Positions 23,362 through 34,295 of a stretch of DNA of 64,000 bases are shown here, piece by piece. The stretch comes from Planktothrix sp. GU0601_MAG3 (GTDB lineage Bacteria; Cyanobacteriota; Cyanobacteriia; Cyanobacteriales; Microcoleaceae), in NCBI GenBank assembly GCA_035193785.1, contig CP136572.1, forward strand, positions 608,001 to 672,000, written 5' to 3'. The notes below the pieces were generated by a model. That model saw only the letters and a list, made by a program, of their open reading frames with translations. It ran no database searches and had not been told where the DNA came from. Made by a program: the position numbers and the translations under genes. Numbering within the stretch: the stretch's first letter is position 1; every line of letters starts with the position of its first letter.

Positions 23362-24277
23362 GTGAACACAGTGCAAGTTATTGGGATCGATTTAGGTGGG
23401 ACGGCGATAAAATTGGGCTGTTTTGCATCCGACGGAACTTGTTATCAGTCCTTAACGGTTCCCACTCCTCAACCGGCGACACCAGAAGCGGTGTTAATGG
23501 CAATAGTTGGGGGTATAGCACAAATCAGGGAAAATGTCAATAGTATTCGAGCGATCGGATTAGGAACTCCTGGGCCTGTGGATGGGACGGGAAAAATTGC
23601 GAAGGTGGCGATTAATTTGGCCGGATGGCGGGATGTTCCCTTAGCTAATTGGTTAGAGGAAAAAACGGGTTTACCTGTGATTTTAGCTAATGATGCTAAC
23701 TGTGCTGGGTTAGGGGAAGCGTGGTTAGGGGCGGGGCGACGGTTTCAAAATTTAATCCTATTAACATTAGGAACTGGGGTAGGCGGGGCGATTATTTTAA
23801 ATGGGGAATTATTTGTCGGACATCGAGGGGCGGCGGCGGAATTAGGATTAATTAGTCTTAATTTTGATGGCCCTATTTGTAATAGTGGAAATCGGGGTTC
23901 CTTAGAACAATATACTTCAGTTCAAGCTATTCGCAGGGATACGGGATTAGAACCCGCAGAATTAGCGGAAAAAGCCTTAGCAGGGGATGAAAAAGCGATC
24001 GAATATTGGCAAGAATATGGCAAGTTATTAGGAGTAGGATTAGCGAATTTAATTTATGTTTTAACCCCGGAAGCGATAATTTTAGGCGGGGGAATTAGTG
24101 CGGGGGCTGATTTATTTTTCCCGGCGATGAAAGCGGAATTGGAACAAAGAGTATTATTTAGTTTCCAGAGAGGGGTTAGAAATATTAATTGCGGAATTAG
24201 GAAATCAAGCGGGAATGATTGGGGCGGCAAAATTAGCGTTTCAGAAGTTTGTTAAGATTGAGGATCAGCTTGATTGA
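23362..24277 (+). CDS. ROK family sugar kinase (glucokinase-like); apparent +1 frameshift at 24161-24165
   Basis: GIDLGGT, NDANCA, TLGTGVGG, CNSGNRGSLE; restored end LGNQAGMIGAA. Confidence 0.9.
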
Positions 24278-24328
24278 TAAGTTAATCCTTTTGCTGCAAC
24301 CATTCCTGACTGGATTTCCTAAAATATA

Positions 24329-25505
24329 TCAAGGATGTTTAGCGGCTTCAGTTTCATAACATTTAATAATTAAATCAGAAAGCTGATCTAAATCATCAAC
24401 GGATGAAATAATCACCTTTGAAGCTGCATCTCCCAGCGAAGCTGAAATTTCTTGCACTTCAAAACCTGCCGCTAATGCTTTTACTTCATCAATCGGTAAT
24501 CGAGTGACAAAGCTTTTCTTTTTCGGTGTTAAATACAACCTTAAGAACCACCAATTTGGCTTACCGACATGGACACCAAAATAAGAAACAACATCTTTAT
24601 ATTGAACGTCTAATTTATAAGTTTTAGAACAAGCAGCAATTATTTTAACTTTTTCAAATGCTTCTAGTTCTTCATCAGTTGTTTCTATGTTTGATGCTTC
24701 TAACTCTGGTTCTATTCTTTCAATATCATCAACTTCAGTAGAAACGATTACTTCACTTTTTTCACCCATTTCTCTACTAATTGATTGCGTCATTAACTCA
24801 ACTAAACTATTCTGAATAGACTTTTTAACAATAAGTTTGAATTTTTCAATAATTTTACTTGTAACTCGACCTTCTACCGCACAATTAGGACTGACTGTGC
24901 TCAGTTGATCAACCAAAAACCGAATAAAAAGATCTGAGGGATCACGGAGAAGATTATCGATCAGTTTAGTCATTCCTTGAAGATAAACCATCTCCTCTGC
25001 TTGGCGTTTGATTAGGCTTGAATCAAAATTATCTCGATGAAAAAGCTTGATATTTTCAATCTGTTTTTGCTCATAATTAAGGATATTGAAACTAAAAAAA
25101 GGTTCCTCATCCATGACATTCTCATGGCGCAAATCCGTGAAAAACCGATATTCAATGCCATTCGTAACAATAGCGACTTTTGTTTTTACTAGACTATTAA
25201 AATATTTCCTTAACTGACCATCATGAGCAGTTGGTTTTTGATCACGCCCTTTTGCTTCTACAATCATCACGATATCGCCGTTGATTGCTATAGCATAATC
25301 TACTTTTTCAAACTGTCCTGCTTTTTTAGTAGCGAAATCGGCAATAAACTCAGGGATCACCTCTGTTGGGTCAAAAACATCATAGCCAAGCACACTGAAA
25401 AAAGGGATAATTAAGCCCATTTTGGTCGCTTCCTCACCTGTCACCAACTCAGCCCGTTTACGCACTTGTTTCTGCTACTTTCGCAATGTCCTCAACAAAA
25501 ACCAT
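24329..25505 (-). CDS. Type I restriction enzyme HsdR N-terminal-domain protein (stand-alone PD-(D/E)xK nuclease-like); apparent +1 frameshift at 25468-25472
   Basis: EEATKMGLIIPFFSVLGYDVFDPTEVIPEF, EKVDYAI, IVEAK, QLRKYF, TNGIEYRFFTD; restored start MVFVEDIAKVAEQVRKR. Confidence 0.8.
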
Positions 25506-25627
25506 GTTGCTTTCTCCAACAATAGGCTGTACTCAATCTCTATTGTAGAGCTAAAGGAACCTCCATTGTTATTTTATATTATCAGAATTCAACTTTTTGA
25601 TATCTTTTAAAAGCATCACCGCTAAAT

Positions 25628-25807
25628 TCAATCTTCCAAACCATCTAACGTCCTCATAAATTCTGCTTCCGATACCCAATCATTTAACTGTTCAGCTTTT
25701 TTGATTTCGGACATAAAACCAGGTATAGATTGTAAATAAAGTGTTTCTTGCAAACTTTCCCAGTCTTCTTTTTCAAAATGTTGGGTTGAGTCAATTATAA
25801 TATCCAT
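25628..25807 (-). pseudogene. Truncated Phd/YefM antitoxin-like remnant
   Basis: EDWESLQETLYLQSIPGF resembles a YefM C-terminal segment but the N-terminal DNA-binding domain is missing. Confidence 0.5.
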
Positions 25808-26060
25808 AATAATGAACCCTTTATTTTTGACCAGACTATAAATCTTAATGTTAAGATAACACATTAACACCGATCGCAAATGTGATCAAGGAGTTACAGA
25901 TTTAAACGCTATAATCAAGGTTAATATTGGCCGTTAGGTTTTGGGTATCAGACACCAAAATGTTCAGATGGGTAGAAATCAATTTCAGAAAATAGGAAGA
26001 AACTGAAAATAAAAGTCTACACTAAAGAAAAACGTTATTCTTCTGCATCGGGTTAATCTT

Positions 26061-27594
26061 ATGTCAGAATCTCCAAAATCCATTGCCCAACACTACCATG
26101 AACGCACGAAATATGACCCCGAAACCCTGGGGTTAAAAGGTCAGACCTTGGACTGGGAAAAACAGCCCATTCCTTTTAAAGAGTATAAAATCGGCACGGT
26201 CTTTGATCTTAAACCCTACCTGCGGGATACAGACGAAGCCGTATCTAATGATCCTAAAATCAGACTTTGGCAGCGTTTGTCCCATTTATTGCTGCATAGT
26301 TATGGTTTGACGGCAAAACTCCCCACGGTGGCGGGAGTCCATTATCTGAGGGCGGCACCTTCGGCGGGGGGGTTGTATCCGGCGGAAATCTATTTAATTT
26401 CCAGGGGGACGGCAATTTTATCGCCGGGTTTATATCATTATCAACCCCAAACCCATGCTTTAGTTCAATTTTGGGAAAATCAAGTTTGGCCTGATTTACG
26501 AGATGCTTGTTTTTGGCATCCAGCATTAGAAAATACCCATTTAGCCTTAGTAACAACGGCGGTCTTTTTACGTTCTGCTTGGCGCTATCAAGATCGGGCT
26601 TATCGGCGCATTTGTTTAGATACGGGTCATTTATTAGGTAATATTGAATTAATGGCGGCGATGAATGATTATCGACCCCATTTAATCGGAGGATTTGCGG
26701 ATGATATTCTGAATCAATTGTTATATTTGGATACGAGTGCTGAAGGAGCGATCGCGGTTTTAGCCTTAGCAGATTTATTGGAAATCAATGAAAATTTACC
26801 GATTTCCAGAACGGCTTTACCCTCGGAAACTCAAATAGATTACCCTAATATTCCCGATGGAAAACTGTTGGCTTATTTGCATGAAGCGACAAAATTAGAA
26901 ACGGATTCTTCTGGTAGTCAAGGTTGGAAACTTCTTGATACTGAGGGAAGATTAGAAGATAAATATAATTTTCCGTTTTGTACAAAAATTTCAACGGTAA
27001 CGAGTTTCTATTGATTGGGGTAAAAATTTATCTGGTTTAGAAAAAACAATTTTAAAACGACGATCTACAAGGAGTTATAATGGGGCAGAATTAATGTTAA
27101 ATGAACTTTTAGCCCTGTTAGATTTTACCTATCAACCTTACCATTATATTCATCAAGGTTTAGATGGTTCTCCAGATTATTTTGATTTGAGTTTAATTGA
27201 AACTTTTATTGCAGTTTCTGGAGTCAATGGTTTAGAGGATGGATGTTATTATTATGCTCCCAAAGCTCAAGAATTAAGGCAAATTCGCTTTAAGAATTTT
27301 CGCAAGGAGTTGTACTATTTGTGTTTACAACAGGATTTAGGACGGGATGCGTCGGCGGTATTATTTCATACGGCGGATTTAAAGAAAGCGATCGCTAATT
27401 ATGGGGATCGGGTTTACCGCTATTTACATTTAGATGCTGGTCATCTCGGACAACGCTTGAATTTAGGTGCTGTTTATCTGCGTTTAGGAGTCAGTGGAAT
27501 TGGGGGATTTTTTGATGATCAGGTTAATGAGGTTTTGGGTATTCCTACGGATGAAGCTGTGCTTTATATTACAACATTAGGTAGGCCCAGGTAG
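26061..27594 (+). CDS. SagB/ThcOx-family double nitroreductase-domain protein; apparent +1 frameshift at 27004-27008
   Basis: LRAAPSAGGLYPAE, YQDRAYRRICLDTGH, restored KRRSTRSY, YGDRVYRYLHLDAGHLGQ. Confidence 0.88.
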
Positions 27595-27775
27595 AGCAGG
27601 GAACAGGGAAACAGGCAACAGGCAAAAAAACCTCACCATCAGGTTTTCTGAAGCAGTATGAGTTATAACCGCGATGTCTGTGACTGCTATGGCTTCAGTT
27701 TCATCAACTTGGTTATTATGCCTGTTGCGTCAGTCCTGATCCTGTTATTCTGGTAGGATATAGCATTTTAAACCA

Positions 27776-28237
27776 ATGTCATCTTCTGAACCTTCGATAG
27801 AAACCAGTATTACGCCGAAATCTTCTGGAAAAGATGCGGGTTTAGCGCCATTGGTGTTGACTTTGGTAGAACTAATTCGACAGTTAATGGAAGCTCAAGT
27901 TATCCGACGAATGGAAGGAAATACCCTCACTGAAGAAGAATTAGATCGGGCGGCACAGAGTTTACAACAATTAGAAATTCAGGTATTAAAACTATGTGAA
28001 ATCTTTGAAATAGACCCGGCAGACTTGAATATTGAGTTATCGGAATTTGGAACATTATTACCCAAATCAGGAAGCTATTATCCAGGGGAAACTACGCAAA
28101 ATCCTTCGATTTTGGAATTATTAGATCGATTAATGAATACGGGAATTGTGGTCGAAGGAAGTGTAGATTTAGGGTTAGCACAACTGAACTTAATTCATGC
28201 AAAACTAAGATTGGTCTTAACTTCCAAACCTCTCTAA
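27776..28237 (+). CDS. gvpK: Gas vesicle protein GvpK
   Basis: GLAPLVLTLVELIRQLMEAQVIRRME; C-terminal GvpA-like segment ILELLDRLMNTGIVV. Confidence 0.92.
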   Translation: MSSSEPSIETSITPKSSGKDAGLAPLVLTLVELIRQLMEAQVIRRMEGNTLTEEELDRAAQSLQQLEIQVLKLCEIFEIDPADLNIELSEFGTLLPKSGSYYPGETTQNPSILELLDRLMNTGIVVEGSVDLGLAQLNLIHAKLRLVLTSKPL

Positions 28238-28360
28238 CTCTTGTCTCATTTCCTCCGGTGTTGTGGTGTTCCCTTCTATATTAGTTTGACGTTAAGGTTT
28301 ATAATAGATATTAGTGCGATCGCTTATACAGCCGACGGGTTTAATTAATAGGGTTTAATT

Positions 28361-29098
28361 ATGGGAAATGGTTTATACTTGTACGGAATTTTACCGACTA
28401 ACCGAGTCCGACCTTTAGCCTTGCATGGGTTAGATAAACAACCGATACAAACCCATCCCGTTGATGAGTTTAGCTTTTTATATTCCGAGACTCAACAGGA
28501 ACGTTATTTAGCCAGTCGGCGCAACCTATTAGGCCATGAAGACGTATTAGAAAAGGTGATGCAACATGGCTATCGAACGGTTTTACCCCTGCAATTTGGA
28601 TTAATTGTAAAAGATTGGGAGAATGTGAAAGAGCAGTTAATTATTCCCTATCAAGATCGGTTAAAAGAATTGTTTCATAAATTAGAAGGAAAACGGGAAG
28701 TTGGGGTGAAAATATTTTGGGAAGAAACGGAAGAATTAAACCTTTTAATGATAGAAAATCAAGAATTAAGGGAAAAACGCGATAGCTTAGAAGGTAAACG
28801 TCTGGGGATGGATGAAATTATCGGTATCGGTCAAGAAATTGAACGGGCGATGCAAGATCGTCAACAGGTAATTATCAATAAATTTCAACAAATATTAGAC
28901 CCCCTAGCAGAAGAAATTGTCGAAAATGATAATTTAACCAGTGCCATGATTTATAACGCGGCTTATTTAATTCCTTGGGATATAGAATCCCAATTTGGGG
29001 ATAAAATTGAAGAACTTGATCACCATTTTAATAACCGCCTGCGAATTCGCTATAATAACTTTACAGCCCCCTTTAATTTTGCCCAACTCAACCCCTAA
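28361..29098 (+). CDS. gvpF: Gas vesicle protein, GvpF/GvpL family
   Basis: LYLYGI, RYLASRRNLLGHEDVLE, VLPLQFG, TAPFNF. Confidence 0.9.
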   Translation: MGNGLYLYGILPTNRVRPLALHGLDKQPIQTHPVDEFSFLYSETQQERYLASRRNLLGHEDVLEKVMQHGYRTVLPLQFGLIVKDWENVKEQLIIPYQDRLKELFHKLEGKREVGVKIFWEETEELNLLMIENQELREKRDSLEGKRLGMDEIIGIGQEIERAMQDRQQVIINKFQQILDPLAEEIVENDNLTSAMIYNAAYLIPWDIESQFGDKIEELDHHFNNRLRIRYNNFTAPFNFAQLNP

Positions 29099-29109
29099 TC
29101 CGAGGCGTT

Positions 29110-29367
29110 ATGGTATTACGATTATTACTTTCTCCGATCACAGCACCCTTTGAAGGTGTAATCTGGATTGGGGAACAACTCCTAGAACGGGCGGAAGCCG
29201 AACTTGATGATAAAGAAAATTTAGGAAAGCGGTTATTGGCGCTCCAGTTAGCCTTTGATATGGGGGATATTCCAGAGGAAGATTTTGAAGTTCAAGAGGA
29301 AGAATTATTACTACAAATTCAAGCCTTAGAAGATGAAGCCAACCAAGAAGAAGATGAAATATATTAA
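29110..29367 (+). CDS. gvpG: Gas vesicle protein GvpG
   Basis: LLALQLAFDMGDIPEEDFEVQEEELL; follows gvpF. Confidence 0.9.
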   Translation: MVLRLLLSPITAPFEGVIWIGEQLLERAEAELDDKENLGKRLLALQLAFDMGDIPEEDFEVQEEELLLQIQALEDEANQEEDEIY

Positions 29368-29442
29368 ATTATAATCCTTTCCCTTCCTTCGTGTCTTCCT
29401 GTTTCCCTCAATTATCAATTTTTTTCCTATTCTCCTGTTTAA

Positions 29443-29769
29443 TTAATAGTCTAAAGTAAAAGTTGAAACCGAACCAGGTTTAGATTTGGGGGGAGTGGAA
29501 GTCGGAGGTTGGGTGGTTTTGGTTTCCGGGGGTTTAGGTTGGGCAATTTGTTTAACGTCGGTTTCTAACCCTTGGATTTGAGTTTCAATTTGTTCTAAAC
29601 GTTGAGTGACGGTTTCAAAGCGTTGTCCTAAACTTTCTAACTCCTCTTGTAACCGTTTTTTCTCTACCGCTAATTGATATAAACTGCGGTAGAGCGTCGC
29701 TTCGGTTTTTTGGCGAGGCATGGTGCTAATTTTTGGTAAAATAGGACGTTGAGAACGAAAAGGACGCAT
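29443..29769 (-). CDS. gvpV: Gas vesicle protein GvpV-like
   Basis: PKISTMPRQKTEA...YQLAVEKKRLQEEL, ends TLDY; adjacent to gvpKFG. Confidence 0.7.
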   Translation of the reverse strand: MRPFRSQRPILPKISTMPRQKTEATLYRSLYQLAVEKKRLQEELESLGQRFETVTQRLEQIETQIQGLETDVKQIAQPKPPETKTTQPPTSTPPKSKPGSVSTFTLDY

Positions 29770-29822
29770 AATAATTTTGGTATAACTACGAACTCATTGT
29801 AACAATTGAATTTGTATAAGTC

Positions 29823-30527
29823 CTAAACTTTATTTTTCTTCATTAATTCACTAATTTTGCTAATTTTTTTGTTAGACTTTTGGGAAGAAAACCGTTTCGT
29901 TTCCGCAGAATAACTCCAACAGATAGCATCGGGGTCACGTTGATAACTCCAGTCAGAAAATTCCGGTTTGGTTTTCCACTTGCTGAGGGTAGTCGGATGT
30001 ACCCCCAACCGTTGGGCGAGTTCCGACTGATTTAAGGTTTCGGGTAAAATAGAATTAGATGCCGGGTTGACGGGAAATAAAACCACCGAATTAGGGTTGG
30101 CTGTTTCCGGTTTAGAAACGACCAGCAGAGGGTCTTCAACGGTCTGGGAAGGTTGGGCGGTGGGAAAATAGTAAATCATCCCGCCCACGTCGGTAATTTC
30201 ATATTGGGCGGCGAATTCGGTGGCCCGTTGGTCGAGATATTCCTGTACTTTTGTCCCCGACTGTTGGGTGTGCATGGCCAAATCTAAGGCCGTAATTCGT
30301 CCTTGGTTTTCCCGAATTAACCGATAAAATACCTCATCCAAGGTCGCTAATTGCTCCCGTTGACGCTGTTGATAATATTTCCACACCCGCCAAGACCCCC
30401 ATCCCCCAACGGTTAAAATCGCTAAGGGGAATGCTTTCTGGAGGATAAACAAAACCACCGCCACGGGGAGGAGAAGCGTCAGATATCCCCGTTCAGGAGG
30501 GTTAATCTTTGGGTTTGAGTCTGACAT
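29823..30527 (-). CDS. Membrane-anchored protein with C-terminal HTH-like motif
   Basis: N-terminal hydrophobic hairpin; LNQSELAQRLGVHPTTLSKWK; start uncertain (30527 or 30602). Confidence 0.7.
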   Translation of the reverse strand: MSDSNPKINPPERGYLTLLLPVAVVLFILQKAFPLAILTVGGWGSWRVWKYYQQRQREQLATLDEVFYRLIRENQGRITALDLAMHTQQSGTKVQEYLDQRATEFAAQYEITDVGGMIYYFPTAQPSQTVEDPLLVVSKPETANPNSVVLFPVNPASNSILPETLNQSELAQRLGVHPTTLSKWKTKPEFSDWSYQRDPDAICWSYSAETKRFSSQKSNKKISKISELMKKNKV

Positions 30528-30726
30528 GGATAGAGTCTGAGCAAAGGTAATATCTTCAATATTGACTAAAAAGTCTATTTTTGCAAGGTGCGCGTCTAGC
30601 AATCGTAACCTATCCCATCCGTTATCTGTTTTTGGTGGTTTTGGTTTCCAGGTGTTAAATTGAGATCATCGCAACCGGAAAAATCAACTACATCATTAAT
30701 TATTTAAAATATAATAGGTAATAATT

Positions 30727-31008
30727 ATGAACCAAGAAATGCGTCAAGAAATCCTTACCTTAGCTCAAGAATTACCTGATGAATTGTTACCAGAAGCCCT
30801 AGCATCTTTGATTTCTCTTACCCAAAAAGCTAGGGATTTAGATAGCAATTATATGGATTTACCAAACCATAAACTACCGGAACAATTACAGAATACAGGG
30901 TCAGATAATTCCTCAACTCTTAATCAGCCTGAATTTGACAAGGTAATAGCAGCTTATCAAGTTATTAGCGAAAAGTATAAAAATGCGTTACGCGAATTAG
31001 CCCAGTGA
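30727..31008 (+). CDS. Putative antitoxin of the adjacent Doc toxin
   Basis: Overlaps the doc start by 4 nt (GTGA); ends YKNALRELAQ, typical of Doc-partner C-termini. Confidence 0.7.
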   Translation: MNQEMRQEILTLAQELPDELLPEALASLISLTQKARDLDSNYMDLPNHKLPEQLQNTGSDNSSTLNQPEFDKVIAAYQVISEKYKNALRELAQ

Positions 31009-31397
31009 GCGAACCGTTATGGATTTTTGAAGAAATTGTTCAAGTCATCCATCAGGATCAAATTCAGCAGCATGGTGGAAGTTTAGGAGTCAGGGATGAA
31101 AATCTCCTTTCTGCAAGTTTAGCCAGACCCAGACATTTATTTACTTATGGTCAACCTGATTTATTTGACCTAGCTGCGGCTTATGGTTATGGTTTAGCTA
31201 AAAACCATCCATTTATTGATGGTAATAAACGCACTGCTTTTGCAGTTATGGCAACTTTTTTGTTAGTTAATGGCTATTTACTGGAAATTCCCGAAATGGA
31301 AGTGGTGCAAATGATGGAACAGTTAGCAACTGACCAAGAAACTCAGGAATCTTTAGCCCAATGGTTAAGAAAAAATTCTATACCTGCTGAAGATTAA
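31005..31397 (+). CDS. doc: Death-on-curing (Fic/Doc) family toxin
   Basis: HPFIDGNKRT motif, GVRDENLLSASLARP. Confidence 0.9.
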   Translation: MSEPLWIFEEIVQVIHQDQIQQHGGSLGVRDENLLSASLARPRHLFTYGQPDLFDLAAAYGYGLAKNHPFIDGNKRTAFAVMATFLLVNGYLLEIPEMEVVQMMEQLATDQETQESLAQWLRKNSIPAED

Positions 31398-31415
31398 ATA
31401 TTAATTACCCTAATT

Positions 31416-32926
31416 TTAGGATTGCATCTCTCTAATCAGTTTAGCATAGGTTTCCGAAGGGCGATCGCCCAAATGATCCTCAATTTCCCGTTCGGTTTCC
31501 ACGATGAAAATTAATACTAAATAACCCAAACCTAGGGGTATAAGACCCCCATTCATAATTATCCGTTAATGACCAGTGCATATAACCCAAAATCGGAATA
31601 TTTTCCTGTAATAAATGTTGAATTTGACGAACATGGGCTTCTAAAAATTGACTGCGATGCAGTTGGTCAGAGCGTCGAGTGGCGATACTATTATCGGGTT
31701 TTCGACGTAACGCCATGCCATTTTCAGCAATTAAAATCGGGAGATTATATTCCTGAGCATAATATTTACAGAAAAAAGATAATCCTTCTGGGAGCGCTCG
31801 CCAGTCCCACCATTTACTCATAATTCCCGTCATCAACCAATTTCTTAACCCTTTAGTTTTGAATTCAAAATCAGAAAAAGACGGTAAACGGAAGGTATGG
31901 GCAATAAAAGGATCATAATAATCAATTGCTAGATAATCATAGACTTTTGGCCGAGGAGATATCATTAATTCTTGCCAATAATAGTCTAAATGTTGAATAT
32001 CAAAAGTCCGATGACCAATTCTATTTCCTATTCGACGGGCTAACCGTCCCAACTGATAGGGAAGATCTTTTTGAAAGGGTAAAGAAGCTCGACTTAACGC
32101 CGTTTCTAAGTGTTTAGCTTGAGCATAAACATAATCCCTGATGTCCTTGGGTTTGATTTCTTTTTCCTGTAAATCTAACAAATCCCAGATCACTTTTTCT
32201 GACCAATATAAATCACTGCAATAGGTATTTAATGTTACCATAGGTTGGTTCCAGCCATATTTTTCATAAATATCATGGATAGAATTATAAGCCCGAATAT
32301 GAGCCGCCAATAAATGATTATAAGCTCGCCAAACCGCTTTAATTCCGGTAAAGTTTCCGGCGGGAAATTGACCGCTTAAATAGGTATTGAGGACTAAAAT
32401 ATTGGGTTCATTAATGGTAATATACCAATGAATTGGCTGCTGTTGATGATAGTCGGTTAAACGTTGGTTAATATGGGTAACACTTACGGTCACATAATCA
32501 ATAAAACAATCAATGGTTTCCGGGGATAACCAAGCATCTATTCCTAACCAGGCGGGATGGGTAAAATGATGTAAGGTGACAATAGGTTTCTAAGCCATAT
32601 TGACGACAGGTAGCAATGCGTTTTGCATACTCATCTAAGACCTTAAAATTATAATTTGGGGCGGGAGAAATTTCGGGGGTTGTTGTGGGTTGAATTCGGC
32701 TCCATTCTAAACTTAAGCGGAAAGAATTTAATCCTAATTCTTGACAATTAGAAAAATCTTCCCGGTAGCGCGTCCAGAATTCGGAGGCGTTTCCAGTCCT
32801 CATTACCTTGCCTTTTTGTTCACTTTCTGACCAGTTATTTTGAGGTTGTCCCACACCATTATAACCCCCTTCACTTTGATATCCAGACGTAGCAACGCCC
32901 CATAAAAAGTTACTGTTATTAGTCAA
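31416..32926 (-). CDS. Glycoside hydrolase family 1; apparent +1 frameshifts at 32586-32590 and 31495-31499
   Basis: FLWGVATSGYQSEG, restored EPIVTLHHFTHP, ITINEP, IAENG, WSLTDNYEW, RFGL. Confidence 0.9.
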
Positions 32927-32982
32927 AATTCAATCTCCTTTATGTTTCTAAAAACTATTGCCTATTCCCCATTGCCTATTGC

Positions 32983-34125
32983 CTATTCCCCATTGCCTAT
33001 TGTAATTTGTGATAAAATATTCTCGGCAATATTCAGCGCCGCCCGGGGTTCTCCTAATTCTAAAGCAGCCGTTTGAATTTGGGCTAGTCTTTCGGAGTGG
33101 TTTAACAGAAACTTTACACAAGGAGCAACCATTTCGGGTAATTTTAACTGTACTCCCGCCCCCGCCGCCACAACTAAATCAGCATTCCATTCTTCTTGAC
33201 CAGGAAAGGGGTCTACAATAATCATTGGTGTTCCTCTAGCCAAGATTTCACTAACAATTAATCCCCCCGCTTTGGTAATTACTAAATCACTCGCCACGAC
33301 TAAATCATCCACATAATCAATTAAGCCTAATTTCCGCAATTCTATTTCTGGAGTGGAGTCTAATTCTGCCAAACCATCTAACACCTGTTCATTTCGTCCT
33401 GCTGCTACAATTAATGTTCCAATTTCCGAACTATCCATCAGTTGGGAAACCATCAAACGTATCCGTTTATAATGTAAACCTCCGCCAAATATTGTCACCA
33501 CAGGTTTGTCTATTCGTAAGTTGTGACGTTGCCGAATTTCGACTTGAGATTTAGTTTCTAATACTTCCAGTTTAATCGGAATTCCAGTCACATGAAGAAT
33601 TGCCGGGTCAACTCCTCGCTTAATTAGAAAATCCGTAGTTAAATCATTGGGTAAATAATAACCATCTACCTCTTTATTAATCCAACTACTATGAGCAATA
33701 ACATCGGTAATTACGACATAATGGGGTTTGGATATTCTTTCTTCTTCTTCTAATAATTGTAACAAACGGCTGGGAATTTGTTGAACACAGACAATGGCAT
33801 CGGGATTAACTTCTTCAATAAAATGCCGCAGTTTTCTAAAAAAAACTCGCTCTAGTTTAGCGGTAACAATATTTAATTCTAAAGACCGTTCTAAATCTTC
33901 TACATCTGTCCCCTCATAATAGGCGCGATAAATTTGGGGGGCTTTTTCGCTCAATTGTTTATAAATACTGGTAACGGTATTCCGATAAATAGGACTAGCA
34001 TAATCTAAAGCATCTTCTACCGTAACGGTGACGTCAGGAAAATGGGAAAAGGCTTGATTTAACGCTTTAGCGGCGCTATTATGCCCAGCGCCTAAAGAAG
34101 AATACAATATCAAAATATGAGTCAT
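32983..34125 (-). CDS. GT28 glycosyltransferase, MGDG synthase/UgtP-like
   Basis: SLGAGHNSAA, VITD...HSSW, VTGIPI, ITKAGGL, PGQEEWNA. Confidence 0.85.
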   Translation of the reverse strand: MTHILILYSSLGAGHNSAAKALNQAFSHFPDVTVTVEDALDYASPIYRNTVTSIYKQLSEKAPQIYRAYYEGTDVEDLERSLELNIVTAKLERVFFRKLRHFIEEVNPDAIVCVQQIPSRLLQLLEEEERISKPHYVVITDVIAHSSWINKEVDGYYLPNDLTTDFLIKRGVDPAILHVTGIPIKLEVLETKSQVEIRQRHNLRIDKPVVTIFGGGLHYKRIRLMVSQLMDSSEIGTLIVAAGRNEQVLDGLAELDSTPEIELRKLGLIDYVDDLVVASDLVITKAGGLIVSEILARGTPMIIVDPFPGQEEWNADLVVAAGAGVQLKLPEMVAPCVKFLLNHSERLAQIQTAALELGEPRAALNIAENILSQITIGNGE

Positions 34126-34295
34126 AAGTATTAAGAGTTGTTAGGGTTAAACCAATTTAAAGTTAACTTATTATAGATATTTGTATTTTATCATAATTTT
34201 GTATGAATGGTATAAAAAATTTGTTTGTAAAGGGAATAAACAGACAAAAAAAATAATGCTTAGTAAAGACGTTCCATGGAAACGCCTCTACAATT

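Noticed and set aside
26061..27594. SagB-type dehydrogenase as a sign of a RiPP/cyanobactin cluster
   Set aside because: No YcaO cyclodehydratase, protease or precursor peptide nearby; consistent with a stand-alone nitroreductase-like gene
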